64,000 bases of DNA from NCBI GenBank assembly GCA_043825775.1, contig JBDRRK010000012.1, positions 129,237 to 193,236 of the forward strand, given 5' to 3'. Position 1 is the first letter of the stretch. The number at the start of each line of letters is the position of its first letter. Below the pieces are notes generated by a model. That model did no database searches. It was not told where the DNA came from and saw only the letters and a list, made by a program, of their open reading frames with translations. The position numbers and the translations under genes are program-made. Source of the stretch: an archaeon. Lineage in GTDB: Archaea; Nanobdellota; Nanobdellia; SCGC-AAA011-G17; GW2011-AR17. This document shows, piece by piece, positions 1-9,434 of the stretch.

Positions 1-440
1 TCTCTTGTTCTTTTCTGTCTCTTTACTGCTGATTTGATTGGTGGAATTTGTTGTATTTTTCCAACTAGCTCTTCCATTTTAGTTTTTATTGTTTTTTCAT
101 CAAACTCATCATGCAGATGCATTAAACAGATGTATTCTTTTCCTGCATTTAGTAATACTTGTACAATTCTTGTTGATCTTCCTAAGGCTATTGGTAGAAC
201 TCCAGTAACTCCTGGATCTAATGTTCCAGAGTGTCCTGCTTTGGATAGGTCTAGAATTCTCTTTACATAATCAGAAACTTGATGTGATGTAGGACCAGAG
301 GGTTTGTTTAGAACAATAACTCCTAGTTCTAGAAGATCTTTAACTTCTCTTTCATTTGGGTTTTGGCCATAATCTGGATTAGTAGTTTCTTCTTTTTTTG
401 TAATAATATTTCTATTTACTTTTTCAAAGGGGAGTTTCAT
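1..440 (-). CDS. cbf5: tRNA/rRNA pseudouridine synthase Cbf5 (H/ACA RNP catalytic subunit), N-terminal part; C-terminus runs off the window start
   Basis: Reverse-strand translation from the ATG at 440 gives MKLPFEKVNRNIITKKEETTNPDYGQNPNEREVKDLLELGVIVLNKPSGPTSHQVSDYVKRIL...GHSGTLDPGVTGVLPIALGRSTR. The KPxGPTSH and GTLDP motifs are typical of the TruB/Cbf5 family. Not in the ORF track because it is truncated by the window edge. Confidence 0.8.
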   Translation of the reverse strand, partial: MKLPFEKVNRNIITKKEETTNPDYGQNPNEREVKDLLELGVIVLNKPSGPTSHQVSDYVKRILDLSKAGHSGTLDPGVTGVLPIALGRSTRIVQVLLNAGKEYICLMHLHDEFDEKTIKTKMEELVGKIQQIPPIKSAVKRQKRTR

Positions 441-475
441 AAGAATAAAAGTTAGTATTTAATTTATAAAGGTAA

Positions 476-1276
476 CTAAAGCTTTCTTAATTCTTCAGGA
501 ACTAATCTATATGAATCTCTAATTTTTCCCATATTCCTTACTGTTACAGAATCTCTATTTTTCCCTAGGATTTCACTTACTACATGTAAAAAGTCTATAT
601 ACTCTTGACTTATATTAAATTCATCCACAACTGGTAAGTAGACTCTTTTTCCTTCACTATCTTTATCCATTCTATATTTTGCTGGAAAGAATCCTACTCT
701 GTCCATTGTGACAATTTGTGTAGTTTCTATAGGAATTACAATTTTTTGTTCAAGTAAACTTTGATATGTTTCGTTTAATTCTTTTCCTTCTCTTTGCAAT
801 TTAGAGTCAACAATTCCAATTGTTTTGTAGGATATTGAATCTTTAATTGCATCACGATATGCTTGTACATTTTCTTCTCTAAAATCTACAGAAGGACCAA
901 AAAATTCTTTTGTTTTTATATTGGCATAGTTTGTTCTAGCTGCATCAAATTGTTTGTAAACTCTTTTTAATGAGTTTCCACTTATTACTTCATCAATAGA
1001 TAGAAATGAACCGCCATGAGGTGCAACATTATTTATAACATTTTCAAAAACACTTCTTAATACTTCCCTTAGTCTATGAACTTTGTTTGATGCTGGAACA
1101 TATTGAACCTTTTCATTTGGAAAATTATCATTAATTACATTCATAACATCAATAAAAGGTACACTTCCAAACATTGGAGCAATTATACAATCTGGTTTTT
1201 GATCTTCAATAATCTGATTTGCTCTTTCTAAAGCTCTTACAAAATCTTCAATTGTGTCATAATTATTAGGATCCAT
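476..1276 (-). CDS. hypothetical protein (266 aa)
   Basis: Long uninterrupted ORF with host-like AT-rich codon usage, co-directional with cbf5. No motif recognised. Confidence 0.5.
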   Translation of the reverse strand: MDPNNYDTIEDFVRALERANQIIEDQKPDCIIAPMFGSVPFIDVMNVINDNFPNEKVQYVPASNKVHRLREVLRSVFENVINNVAPHGGSFLSIDEVISGNSLKRVYKQFDAARTNYANIKTKEFFGPSVDFREENVQAYRDAIKDSISYKTIGIVDSKLQREGKELNETYQSLLEQKIVIPIETTQIVTMDRVGFFPAKYRMDKDSEGKRVYLPVVDEFNISQEYIDFLHVVSEILGKNRDSVTVRNMGKIRDSYRLVPEELRKL

Positions 1277-1336
1277 TGTATTATAAATAACCTCTTTTTC
1301 TCTTTATAAACCTTTCTATTTTGTAACTACTAATAT

Positions 1337-1852
1337 GTGATGACAAGATTTATATATGAATTATTATCTTCAGAGATTATGAAATCACATTATTTGTTAA
1401 TAAGCCTTTTGGCATTAAATGGATGTAGTCATCTAAGACAGGCAAATACTTCTGATTTAGAGCTTTTAGAGGATTCTTTAAAGTTTAAAGAAAGTATTGG
1501 AAGAGTTTTAACAGAAAGAATTATTGAACAGAGAAAAGTTAAATTAAGAGATAATCAATTTGAAAGAGAGTATTACTTGGATTTAGATGTAGAACCTATT
1601 GATATAAGGCCTGTTGCTGATTATTCTATTTTGCCTGTTCATTTAACTTATGTTGATTCTGTTTATGGTGATCAAACTTTATTTGTAGATGTTAAATTTT
1701 TAGGGGAAAATAATTGTAATGCAACTTATTGGGGTTTGTTGAATAGGCCTGAATTTGAGCTTATTTGGTTAGATGGAACTTGTGATTCTTGGGCTGGTGC
1801 TGATAGTGTTGAGAATTTAGTTACTAATGCAGTTGTAAAAAGTTTAGAATAA
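1337..1852 (+). CDS. hypothetical secreted/lipoprotein-like protein
   Basis: Hydrophobic N-terminal segment ending LLALNGCSH (lipobox-like), followed by a soluble domain. Confidence 0.4.
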   Translation: MMTRFIYELLSSEIMKSHYLLISLLALNGCSHLRQANTSDLELLEDSLKFKESIGRVLTERIIEQRKVKLRDNQFEREYYLDLDVEPIDIRPVADYSILPVHLTYVDSVYGDQTLFVDVKFLGENNCNATYWGLLNRPEFELIWLDGTCDSWAGADSVENLVTNAVVKSLE

Positions 1853-2404
1853 TTATTTCTTTAATGTATCTTTTTTATCATGTCTATGTATTAGTGTTTC
1901 TTCTTCTTTAGCTTCTTGTTCTTCTCTTTTAGCAAATTTTTCATCTTTATCAAATTCTTTTTTATCTTTTAATGTATCTTCTTTTAGAACTTTAGCTTTT
2001 TCTTTAGCTTCCTCTTCTTTATGCTCTTCTTGTTTTCCCATTTTCCCTGAAACTTTTGTATCTTTTTTACCTGTCATTTGTTCTATTTTTTCTTGAAGCT
2101 TACCTTTTTTCTTATCATCTTTTTTCTTTTCTTCTTCTTCAAATTTCTTTCCTGGTATTTCAGCTCTGACATAGGTTCCTTCTTTATTTTCAAATTTTTT
2201 AACATTAACTTCAATTTTATGAGGAGGGTTTCTGTTTCCATTATTCCACAGAGCCATGTTTAGATGTTTTCCTAGTCTAACATCTTCTACTTTCATATGT
2301 TTTTGTAAGAATTCTTTTACAGTTCTAACTGCTCTAGGTGTTCTCTTGTAAATAGGTGATTTCTGGTATTCCTTTCTCAGTGGTATTATGTATTTTCTTT
2401 CCAT
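1853..2404 (-). CDS. rpl31e: 50S ribosomal protein L31e with a long K/E-rich C-terminal extension
   Basis: N-terminal ~90 aa match the L31e family (RTPRAVRTVKEFLQKHMKV...LNMALWNNGNRNPPHKIEV). About 90 aa of lysine/glutamate-rich low-complexity tail follow. Confidence 0.8.
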   Translation of the reverse strand: MERKYIIPLRKEYQKSPIYKRTPRAVRTVKEFLQKHMKVEDVRLGKHLNMALWNNGNRNPPHKIEVNVKKFENKEGTYVRAEIPGKKFEEEEKKKDDKKKGKLQEKIEQMTGKKDTKVSGKMGKQEEHKEEEAKEKAKVLKEDTLKDKKEFDKDEKFAKREEQEAKEEETLIHRHDKKDTLKK

Positions 2405-2405
2405 T

Positions 2406-2579
2406 TTATACCTTGGTTTTTACTCTTCTCCAGGATCTTTTTATTGTAGTATGTCTTCCTGGGTGAACTCTTCTACCTGTACCATATATTTTAGGGACTG
2501 TCCAAAAAGGAGCCCATCTAGTTTGACGGCCTTTCTTTGCCAATCTTAATTTTTTTGCTAGGTGTAGATATCTGCTCAT
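2406..2579 (-). CDS. rpl39e: 50S ribosomal protein L39e
   Basis: Manual translation gives MSRYLHLAKKLRLAKKGRQTRWAPFWTVPKIYGTGRRVHPGRHTTIKRSWRRVKTKV (57 aa), a classic L39e signature. Stop lies 2 nt upstream of the rpl31e start, in the conserved L39e-L31e order. Missed by the ORF track because it is under 60 aa. Confidence 0.8.
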   Translation of the reverse strand: MSRYLHLAKKLRLAKKGRQTRWAPFWTVPKIYGTGRRVHPGRHTTIKRSWRRVKTKV

Positions 2580-2884
2580 TTTCTTGTGATCTTGAATTCT
2601 TTTTTTTGTGGTGTCATCATTTGAAGTAATTTTTTATATTCTTCATCATTAATGTGTGTTAGTTTTTCTTTTTGCGATGTTTGGAAAATTATTAACAATG
2701 ATTGCAATGCTTTTTCAGGATGTGCTGTTTTCAGGTTATTGTACCGGCTGATTGCTTGTTGGCTCATCAGTTGCTTTACTTGCAGTTCCAGTTGGTTTAT
2801 TTGTTGCTGGAGCTGTAGTTGCTCTTGTAATTCCTGGTTTTGCATCTCCTGAAGCTTCCTTTGTTTTATTTCCTCCAGTTCCAT
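2576..2884 (-). CDS. PDCD5/TFAR19-like dsDNA-binding protein
   Basis: Q/E-rich coiled N-terminus (MELEEIKQRKLQEMQNQELQEQ...) followed by a basic region, as in archaeal PDCD5-like proteins usually encoded beside rps19e/rpl39e. Start overlaps the S19e tail by 149 nt out of frame. Confidence 0.6.
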   Translation of the reverse strand: MELEEIKQRKLQEMQNQELQEQLQLQQQINQLELQVKQLMSQQAISRYNNLKTAHPEKALQSLLIIFQTSQKEKLTHINDEEYKKLLQMMTPQKKEFKITRK

Positions 2885-3302
2885 CTTTCTTCCTAATTAC
2901 TGTATCTAAAAATGATCTTCCTTTAGGAGTTAAAATTTTTCCTTTATGTACTCCCTTTTCAACTTGTTTGATTAATCCTTCTGCTTCTAATTGTTGTAGG
3001 ATTGTTCTAATAACTTTACCAGATGCTTTGTAAAACTTTCCTGGTTTTACTCCTCTGTTTTTTTTAGTTCCATAGAAGTTTCTTAGTTTTGATACTCCAA
3101 TAGGACCTCTTGTGTAAATCTTCCTTAGAATAGAGCCTGCTCTAACATACCACCAGTTTGCATCATCTGGGGTTCTTTCTTTGCCTGCACCTGTCTTGAT
3201 ATAAGAAGCCCACTCTGGTTTTTGGACGTTTTTTGTTTTTTTAAGCTCAATTGCAGCTTTATTTATCAAATCAGTAGGATTTATGTCATATGCAGTTGCC
3301 AT
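2736..3302 (-). CDS. rps19e: 30S ribosomal protein S19e with a low-complexity C-terminal tail
   Basis: MATAYDINPTDLINKAAIELKK...PEWASYIKTGAGKERTPDDANWWYVRAGSILRKIY...GRSFLD matches S19e. The last ~45 aa are a T/A/K/P-rich tail overlapping the next gene. Confidence 0.8.
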   Translation of the reverse strand: MATAYDINPTDLINKAAIELKKTKNVQKPEWASYIKTGAGKERTPDDANWWYVRAGSILRKIYTRGPIGVSKLRNFYGTKKNRGVKPGKFYKASGKVIRTILQQLEAEGLIKQVEKGVHKGKILTPKGRSFLDTVIRKKDGTGGNKTKEASGDAKPGITRATTAPATNKPTGTASKATDEPTSNQPVQ

Positions 3303-3384
3303 CTTTGTTTTTTACCTTTATTTTTAGTTTTAATATAATTTTATGATAATCAGTAGAAAAATAGGGGGCTTATATAGTTTTCTG

Positions 3385-3630
3385 TTAAGGATATATAGGA
3401 TTGGTACTTATTATTACCTCTTGATTAGCTCTATGATGATAGTAACCATAGGATATTGAGAGTAAGTTTTTCTGTCCTTGTTCTTTCCAGACTATTGTGT
3501 TTGAATCCCTGTACACAACTTCTGAATTATCTGTAAAACCTAATGCTCTTGCAAATCTTTCTGATAAAACTTCTAATGGTTCTGTACTTGTCATTAAGGC
3601 TTGCCAATGTTCCCTATGAATATCTGCCAT
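3385..3630 (-). CDS. hypothetical protein (81 aa)
   Basis: ORF only. Confidence 0.3.
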   Translation of the reverse strand: MADIHREHWQALMTSTEPLEVLSERFARALGFTDNSEVVYRDSNTIVWKEQGQKNLLSISYGYYHHRANQEVIISTNPIYP

Positions 3631-3737
3631 TTTTATTTTTGAGAATTAGTTGTTAATAAGTTTTTTGTAATTATATACTTTATATAATTTCTTTGGATTC
3701 AATTTAAACTTATTCTTGTTATATATTATATTGGAGG

Positions 3738-4040
3738 ATGATTAAGATGAAAAAAATGCTATATGGATTAGTTTTAGGATGTGCACTTTATTGTGGTAAG
3801 GCTAGTGCTGATGAATTGCCAGATTTTGAAATGCCTGAATATCAGTTTCAAAGGCCAAATCATTTGAAAGGTACATCAAAGACATACAATATAAGACCTG
3901 TTAGTTTAAAACCTTTGAATAAACAAAGAACATTTCAACATAACAATGTTGAGGATATTATTTTACAGGAAGAGAATATGTTTCCTGGTTTGGAGTATAA
4001 AAGTCCTGGAACGTTTAATATTGTGTTGTTTAGGTTTTAA
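3738..4040 (+). CDS. hypothetical secreted protein
   Basis: N-terminal signal-peptide-like segment MKKMLYGLVLGCALYCGKASA. Confidence 0.4.
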   Translation: MIKMKKMLYGLVLGCALYCGKASADELPDFEMPEYQFQRPNHLKGTSKTYNIRPVSLKPLNKQRTFQHNNVEDIILQEENMFPGLEYKSPGTFNIVLFRF

Positions 4041-4076
4041 GTTAGATTTATAAGCATCTGTTGAATTTTTAGTTTT

Positions 4077-4892
4077 ATGAAATTAGATGAATCATTTAAA
4101 GATGTTTGTAAATTAAGAACAGATGAGATACTTACTGATAAGAAGGAGATAATTAAAGAGTTAGAGAGGTTATTAGTTAATGCTGTTGATAGAAGAAAAG
4201 GAGAAGTTGCAATAGCTTTTTCAGGAGGTTTGGATTCTACTTTACTTGCTTTTATTTGTTCTAAGTTAGGAATAAAGTTTACATTATATTCTGTGGGTTT
4301 AGAAAATGCACCAGATTTAGAATGGGCTAGAAAGGTTGCAAAACATTATGGTTGGAAGTTGAAGTATAAAGTATTGACTGATGAAGAGGTTGAAGATATA
4401 TTTTTGAAGTTGAAAGATATATTAGTAAGGAAGGATGTTGTTAATTTTGGTGTTGGTGCTGTAACTTATGCTGTTTGTTCAATGGTTGAAGAGAATATAT
4501 TGTTTACTGGTTTAGGCAGTGAAGAGTTGTTTGCTGGTTATGAGAGACATAAGGGTGATATAAATAAAAATTGTTGGGAAGGGTTGTTAGGGATATATGA
4601 TAGAGATATTGTTAGAGATAAAAGTATTGCTAAAAGTTTTAATATTGAAGCAAGATGTCCTTTTTTAGATAGAGACTTGATTGAATATGCAATGAAGATT
4701 GATGGTTCTTTGAAAATGAATGAGGAATTTAAGAAAGTCATATTGAGAGAGACTGCTGAACATCTGGGAATGGAATTTTGTTGGAGAAAGAAAAAAGCTG
4801 CTCAATATGGTAGTTATTTTGATAAGGTGTTAGAGAGAATGGCAAAGAAAAAAGGGATTAGTAAAAAAGAGCTTATCTCTTCTTTTTCTTAG
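4077..4892 (+). CDS. asparagine synthase C-domain-like PP-loop ATP pyrophosphatase
   Basis: PP-loop AFSGGLDS near the N-terminus and an RCPFLD motif typical of the AsnB synthetase domain. Confidence 0.6.
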   Translation: MKLDESFKDVCKLRTDEILTDKKEIIKELERLLVNAVDRRKGEVAIAFSGGLDSTLLAFICSKLGIKFTLYSVGLENAPDLEWARKVAKHYGWKLKYKVLTDEEVEDIFLKLKDILVRKDVVNFGVGAVTYAVCSMVEENILFTGLGSEELFAGYERHKGDINKNCWEGLLGIYDRDIVRDKSIAKSFNIEARCPFLDRDLIEYAMKIDGSLKMNEEFKKVILRETAEHLGMEFCWRKKKAAQYGSYFDKVLERMAKKKGISKKELISSFS

Positions 4893-5136
4893 TTTTTTTG
4901 AATTTTTTTACAAGATATTCTGCTTCTTGTTCTGTTTTTAAGAAGATATACATTAACATAATTACAAATATTGTTGCTATAAATGCTGTTATAAACTTGA
5001 ATAAGAGTTCATCTCCTGCTGGAACAAATACTCCAATGAATTCCATAATAACATCTCTCCATATTAATGCAACAACAAAAGTTAGTGCTGCTATCATTGC
5101 AGTTTTAAGAATCTGTTTAAATTTTAAATCTTTCAT
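4873..5136 (-). CDS. small membrane protein
   Basis: Two predicted TM helices and a basic C-terminus. Confidence 0.4.
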   Translation of the reverse strand: MKDLKFKQILKTAMIAALTFVVALIWRDVIMEFIGVFVPAGDELLFKFITAFIATIFVIMLMYIFLKTEQEAEYLVKKFKKTKKKKR

Positions 5137-5188
5137 ATATTCATTATAAGTTTAATAGTTAATAAATGTTTTTAAAAAAAGAAAAAAT

Positions 5189-5767
5189 TTACTTGGATCT
5201 ACCAAGTTTTGCTCTTCTACTAGGTCTTAGTTTTTCAGTACCAATTCCTTTCTTTCTTAAACCTCTAGATTTTTTAGCTGCTGAGGTTTTTCCTCTGAAT
5301 ACTCTATTAGTATGTTTTCTAAAGCAGAAAGCTTTCAATTTTGGATCGTTTTTTATTTCTGGTCTATAAGTATCAATCATGATAACTTCAAACCATCTGT
5401 ATAATCCATCTTTAGCAACTTCATATGAGTTTAGCACTTCTAAATTTGTGAATTTTCTTTGTGCTTTTTCCTCTGCAATCCATTGATATGATTTTCCAAC
5501 AATTTTTCTTCTTCTTTGAGTTTTAGATCTTCTTCCACCTTTTCTTTGTTCTCTGTGTCTTCCACCTCTTCGAACTCTAACTCTTGCTATTGTTATTCCA
5601 GTTTTTGCTCTATAGCCTAAAGATCTTGCTCTATCAAGTCTTGTTGGTCTTTCAATAGAAATAATTGTAGGCTCTCTTCGCCATTGTATAAGTCTTTCTT
5701 TGTATAGCTCGCCAAGATTTTCTTTTGGCTTTTTCCATAGTTTTCGTATTTCTTGATACATTCCCAT
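5189..5767 (-). CDS. rpl15e: 50S ribosomal protein L15e
   Basis: [70 protein letters not shown]..., conserved across L15e. Confidence 0.85.
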   Translation of the reverse strand: MGMYQEIRKLWKKPKENLGELYKERLIQWRREPTIISIERPTRLDRARSLGYRAKTGITIARVRVRRGGRHREQRKGGRRSKTQRRRKIVGKSYQWIAEEKAQRKFTNLEVLNSYEVAKDGLYRWFEVIMIDTYRPEIKNDPKLKAFCFRKHTNRVFRGKTSAAKKSRGLRKKGIGTEKLRPSRRAKLGRSK

Positions 5768-5886
5768 TTTGTTTACCTTGGATTCAGGATGCTAGTCCCA
5801 CATCTCCTTTAGAGTTTGGATAAATTCGGCCTTTTTAAAGGTTTTGGCTCATATAATTTTATAAAATTTGAGTGTATTGAACAAAT

Positions 5887-7107
5887 ATGGATTGTATTTC
5901 ATGTCAAGGAAGATTGTATCAAAATCCTTTAGTTTGTGGAAAGAATGCTTGTCCTATTTTTTCATCTAGAAAGATGTTCAAAGTTCAAAAGATGGAGAAG
6001 CAGGATTTTTTAGGTAGTCCTCCTACTGTGTTTGTTGGTAGGTATAATTATCCTAAGATTAATGTTGGAATTGTTTCTACCCCTGAACATACTGTAAATG
6101 CAGAGATATATGATGATCCTAGAACTTGGGGGAAGAATGCATTGCCAATAAAAGAAGTTGTTGACTTTAGATCTGTGTTGATTAATTCAAGATTTAAGTC
6201 TGAGGTTAGGTTTAATAAAAGTTTAGAAATTTCACAGCAAGTTGCTTTGGCTAAAAGACCTGTTGATATTGAATTTCATTTAGATAAGAAGCCATTTTAT
6301 AATTTTAAAAGTGATAAAGTTGAAAGTCCTGTTGGAGCGACTGCTAATTTAGTTAAAGCTGTAATTACTGAGAATGTTAAGATTGATAGAAAGGTTGAAT
6401 ATATTTTTAATGATGTTGATTTGAAATCTACAAAAGGATTGAATATACTTTATGATAAAGGATTTGATGAGAACTTTTTGTCTAGGATACTTTCGGTAGG
6501 TACTTTGGGAGTTAAGAAGGATAGAAAGTTAGTTCCAACTAGGTGGAGCATTACTGCTGTTGATGATACTATTGGCAAAGAGAAGATTAAAGAGATTAAA
6601 GATTATCCAGAAAGTGATTATATTTTATTTTTTGGTTCTTTACATGGAAATTATTATTTGATTATGTTTTTTCCGAAGAAATGGAGTTATGAATTGTTTG
6701 AAACTTATTTGTCCAATTCTTTAATGAATCCTGATTCTGAATTTAAGACTGTTACTGATTATGAGTTTTATGATGGAAGGAAAAATTACGCAACTAATAC
6801 TGCTGGAGGTTATTATGCTTGTAGATTGGGGATTTTAGATAAGTTATTAGAGATGCATAGGCAGTCTAGTGTGTTAGTTCTTAGATTTATTACTGATGAA
6901 TATCATACTCATTTAGGGGTTTGGGTTTGTAGAGAAGCTACTAGAAGAGCTTTGGAGAAAGGAATGCAGTTTTCTTCTCATGAAGAGATGATTAGATATG
7001 CTAAAAAAATTATTTTTGATAGATTTAATGTTGATATTGAACAATTCTTTAAGAAAAGTAAGTTGTTAGATTTTGTTACGAAACAGAAAACATTATTTGA
7101 TTATTAA
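5887..7107 (+). CDS. zinc-ribbon-containing protein, possibly archaeal Nre-family
   Basis: N-terminal CxxC...CGKNAC zinc-ribbon-like motif and a 406-aa conserved-looking body. The Nre assignment is from memory only. Confidence 0.4.
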   Translation: MDCISCQGRLYQNPLVCGKNACPIFSSRKMFKVQKMEKQDFLGSPPTVFVGRYNYPKINVGIVSTPEHTVNAEIYDDPRTWGKNALPIKEVVDFRSVLINSRFKSEVRFNKSLEISQQVALAKRPVDIEFHLDKKPFYNFKSDKVESPVGATANLVKAVITENVKIDRKVEYIFNDVDLKSTKGLNILYDKGFDENFLSRILSVGTLGVKKDRKLVPTRWSITAVDDTIGKEKIKEIKDYPESDYILFFGSLHGNYYLIMFFPKKWSYELFETYLSNSLMNPDSEFKTVTDYEFYDGRKNYATNTAGGYYACRLGILDKLLEMHRQSSVLVLRFITDEYHTHLGVWVCREATRRALEKGMQFSSHEEMIRYAKKIIFDRFNVDIEQFFKKSKLLDFVTKQKTLFDY

Positions 7108-7275
7108 AGGTTTAAAGGGCTTTTACACCCAATAAACACAGGGAGGGATTGCCTAATAAGACTACTAAAAGGTAGTAATACTTATTTATAAATGTTTTGG
7201 TTGTGTAATTACTATAGAAAGGTGACAAATTTTAATATAATAATATTTATAAATGGTCTTTAAGTTAGTATTTTT

Positions 7276-7530
7276 ATGTATAGAGAAATTAAAGAATATT
7301 ATAAATCCCATAAAAGGGGGTTGAATATTGGATTTGTAGTAGGTTATACTTTAATTCAAGTTGGTTCTTTTGGATGGTGTTATCATAAGGTTAAATCTTT
7401 AGAAAGACAATTGGAGGAATGTAGCTCTAATAATGTTAGAGAAGTTTCTAGTTTAGATGGTTGTGTTGAAGAAGAGATAGTTAGAAATCCTATTAAAAAA
7501 GGTATTTTAAAATTAAAAGAATTACTTTAA
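7276..7530 (+). CDS. hypothetical small protein
   Basis: ORF only, with one hydrophobic segment. Confidence 0.3.
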   Translation: MYREIKEYYKSHKRGLNIGFVVGYTLIQVGSFGWCYHKVKSLERQLEECSSNNVREVSSLDGCVEEEIVRNPIKKGILKLKELL

Positions 7531-9423
7531 TCTTAATGCATCTAAATTTCTAGGAGCATTTGATTCTACTCTTAATGCTTTGTGTGCAGAACTTGCTAGG
7601 TCTAAACACTTTGAACTTTCACCATGATTTACGATTACTCTTTTTGGTTTTGGATCTAGTCTGTGTAAGAATGACATTAATTGTGGTCTTGAACTATGAC
7701 CTGAGAAACCATGAATGGTATGAATCTCACATTTTACTCTTGTAACCTCTGATTTTCCATTTCCAACTGCATAACCAATTTCACGTTCACCATTTTGTAA
7801 TCTTCTTCCTAAAGAACCTTCACCTTGGTAACAAGTAATAACTAGAGAATGTTTTGGGTTTTCAGCTAGATGTTTGAAATATTCTACTGATGCTCCACCA
7901 ACCATCATTCCTGAAGTAGCCATAATTATACATGATTCTTTTGAATCAATAATCTGTTCCATTTCTTTTCTACTTCCAACTTGTTTAAAGAGATCTGATA
8001 AAAATGGATTTTGATCCTTTTGGAATATTGATTTTTTTACTGCCATACTAAAGAAATCAGGATAGGCTGTATGTATAGCATTTACATCCCATACCATTCC
8101 TTGTAGATACATTGGAATTTTTGGTATTGTTCCTTCTCTCATTGCTCTTTCTAACATAATCATTATTTCTTGGGATCTTCCTACGCCCAATACAGGCATT
8201 AATATTTTTCCTTCTCTTTTTACAGTATCATTAATTATTTTTAGTAATTGTTTTTCTGATTCTATTCTTGGAGGAAGGATATCATCTTTAGCTCCATAAG
8301 TTGATTCAATGATTACTGTTTCTAACCTAGGAAATTTAGTTACTGCTGCTGGAAGCAAATTACTTTTTTCATAATTCATATCACCGGTGTATAGTAAATT
8401 ATGTAAACCATTACCAACATGTAAATGGACCATTGCTGAACCTATTGTGTGCCCTGCATTGTATAATGTAATTCGAACATCAGGAGTGATATCAGAAACT
8501 TCTTCATAGTTTAAACATATTGTTTGTTTTACCATTTGTTTAACATCTGCTGCTGTAAAAGGAGGGTTTTTAATTTCTTGATAACCTACTGAGATGTAAT
8601 CTAAAGCTAATAGGGCCATTATATCTCTTGTTGGAGCTGTACAATAAATAGGACCAGTGTATCCATATTTGATTAATAATGGAATCATTGCACAGTGATC
8701 TAAGTGTGAGTGGGATACAACTACTGCATCTATTTCATTGATTTTAAATTCAGGTGCATCAAAATAAGGATATGCTTGTGTTTCTTGTGCTGCTACATTT
8801 ATCCCACAGTCTAATAATATTCTTGATTCTGGTGTTTGTAAGTATAAACATGATCTTCCTACTTGTCTTCCTCCACCAAGGAATGTTAAACGAACCCATT
8901 CATTTTTCTTTCCTCTTAACCATCCGTTGTATATTCTTTTTCCAACATCATTTAGGAATTTTTTTCTGAAATCATTGTTTTCATATAAAACTCCCCTAAT
9001 ATTTTCAATTAATTTTGATCTGATTGAAGGAGTTCTTTGTACTACAGGAACCCATAATGTTTTTTCTTTAATTATCTTTAAATTTTCTCCAGCTTTACCA
9101 ATTGCAACCCCTGGTTTTTCAGCTTCAATTAGAACTATACTTCTTTGAGGATCGAATAAGATATCACCAATTTTTGCTTCTTCTGGAAATGCTTTTTGTA
9201 TTATTACTTTTGCTTTTTCCATATCCATTATTATAGATGGATCAGGACGCAATTCAATTCTTTTCTTGAATTCATTTACTAAATCTCTTATATGCCCTTT
9301 ATTATCTAAGAAAAAGTCTTTTGATTTAGTGTATACTATTATGTTTGCACCTTCAAAATTACACAATGATACTTCTGCCTCATCTGGCAATTTACTCATT
9401 ATTTCTACTAATATATCTGCCAT
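7522..9423 (-). CDS. aCPSF1 / FttA (KH + metallo-beta-lactamase + beta-CASP RNA-processing nuclease)
   Basis: N-terminal KH region, then the beta-lactamase motif VSHSHLDHCAMIPLL, then beta-CASP motifs and a C-terminal RMBL region. The ~630-aa length is typical of archaeal CPSF1. Confidence 0.9.
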   Translation of the reverse strand: MADILVEIMSKLPDEAEVSLCNFEGANIIVYTKSKDFFLDNKGHIRDLVNEFKKRIELRPDPSIIMDMEKAKVIIQKAFPEEAKIGDILFDPQRSIVLIEAEKPGVAIGKAGENLKIIKEKTLWVPVVQRTPSIRSKLIENIRGVLYENNDFRKKFLNDVGKRIYNGWLRGKKNEWVRLTFLGGGRQVGRSCLYLQTPESRILLDCGINVAAQETQAYPYFDAPEFKINEIDAVVVSHSHLDHCAMIPLLIKYGYTGPIYCTAPTRDIMALLALDYISVGYQEIKNPPFTAADVKQMVKQTICLNYEEVSDITPDVRITLYNAGHTIGSAMVHLHVGNGLHNLLYTGDMNYEKSNLLPAAVTKFPRLETVIIESTYGAKDDILPPRIESEKQLLKIINDTVKREGKILMPVLGVGRSQEIMIMLERAMREGTIPKIPMYLQGMVWDVNAIHTAYPDFFSMAVKKSIFQKDQNPFLSDLFKQVGSRKEMEQIIDSKESCIIMATSGMMVGGASVEYFKHLAENPKHSLVITCYQGEGSLGRRLQNGEREIGYAVGNGKSEVTRVKCEIHTIHGFSGHSSRPQLMSFLHRLDPKPKRVIVNHGESSKCLDLASSAHKALRVESNAPRNLDALRLK

Positions 9424-9434
9424 TTTAAGAAAAA

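Noticed and set aside
34-270. 78-aa plus-strand ORF at the window start
   Set aside because: Lies entirely antisense within the clearly conserved cbf5 coding region, with low-complexity Cys/Ser-rich translation. Almost certainly spurious.
2078-2263. 61-aa plus-strand ORF (F/L-rich)
   Set aside because: Antisense to the K/E-rich tail of rpl31e. It is the mirror image of an A-rich coding strand.
2652-3033. Two plus-strand ORFs (66 and 93 aa) over the rps19e / PDCD5-like region
   Set aside because: Antisense to two conserved genes, with hydrophobic low-complexity products.
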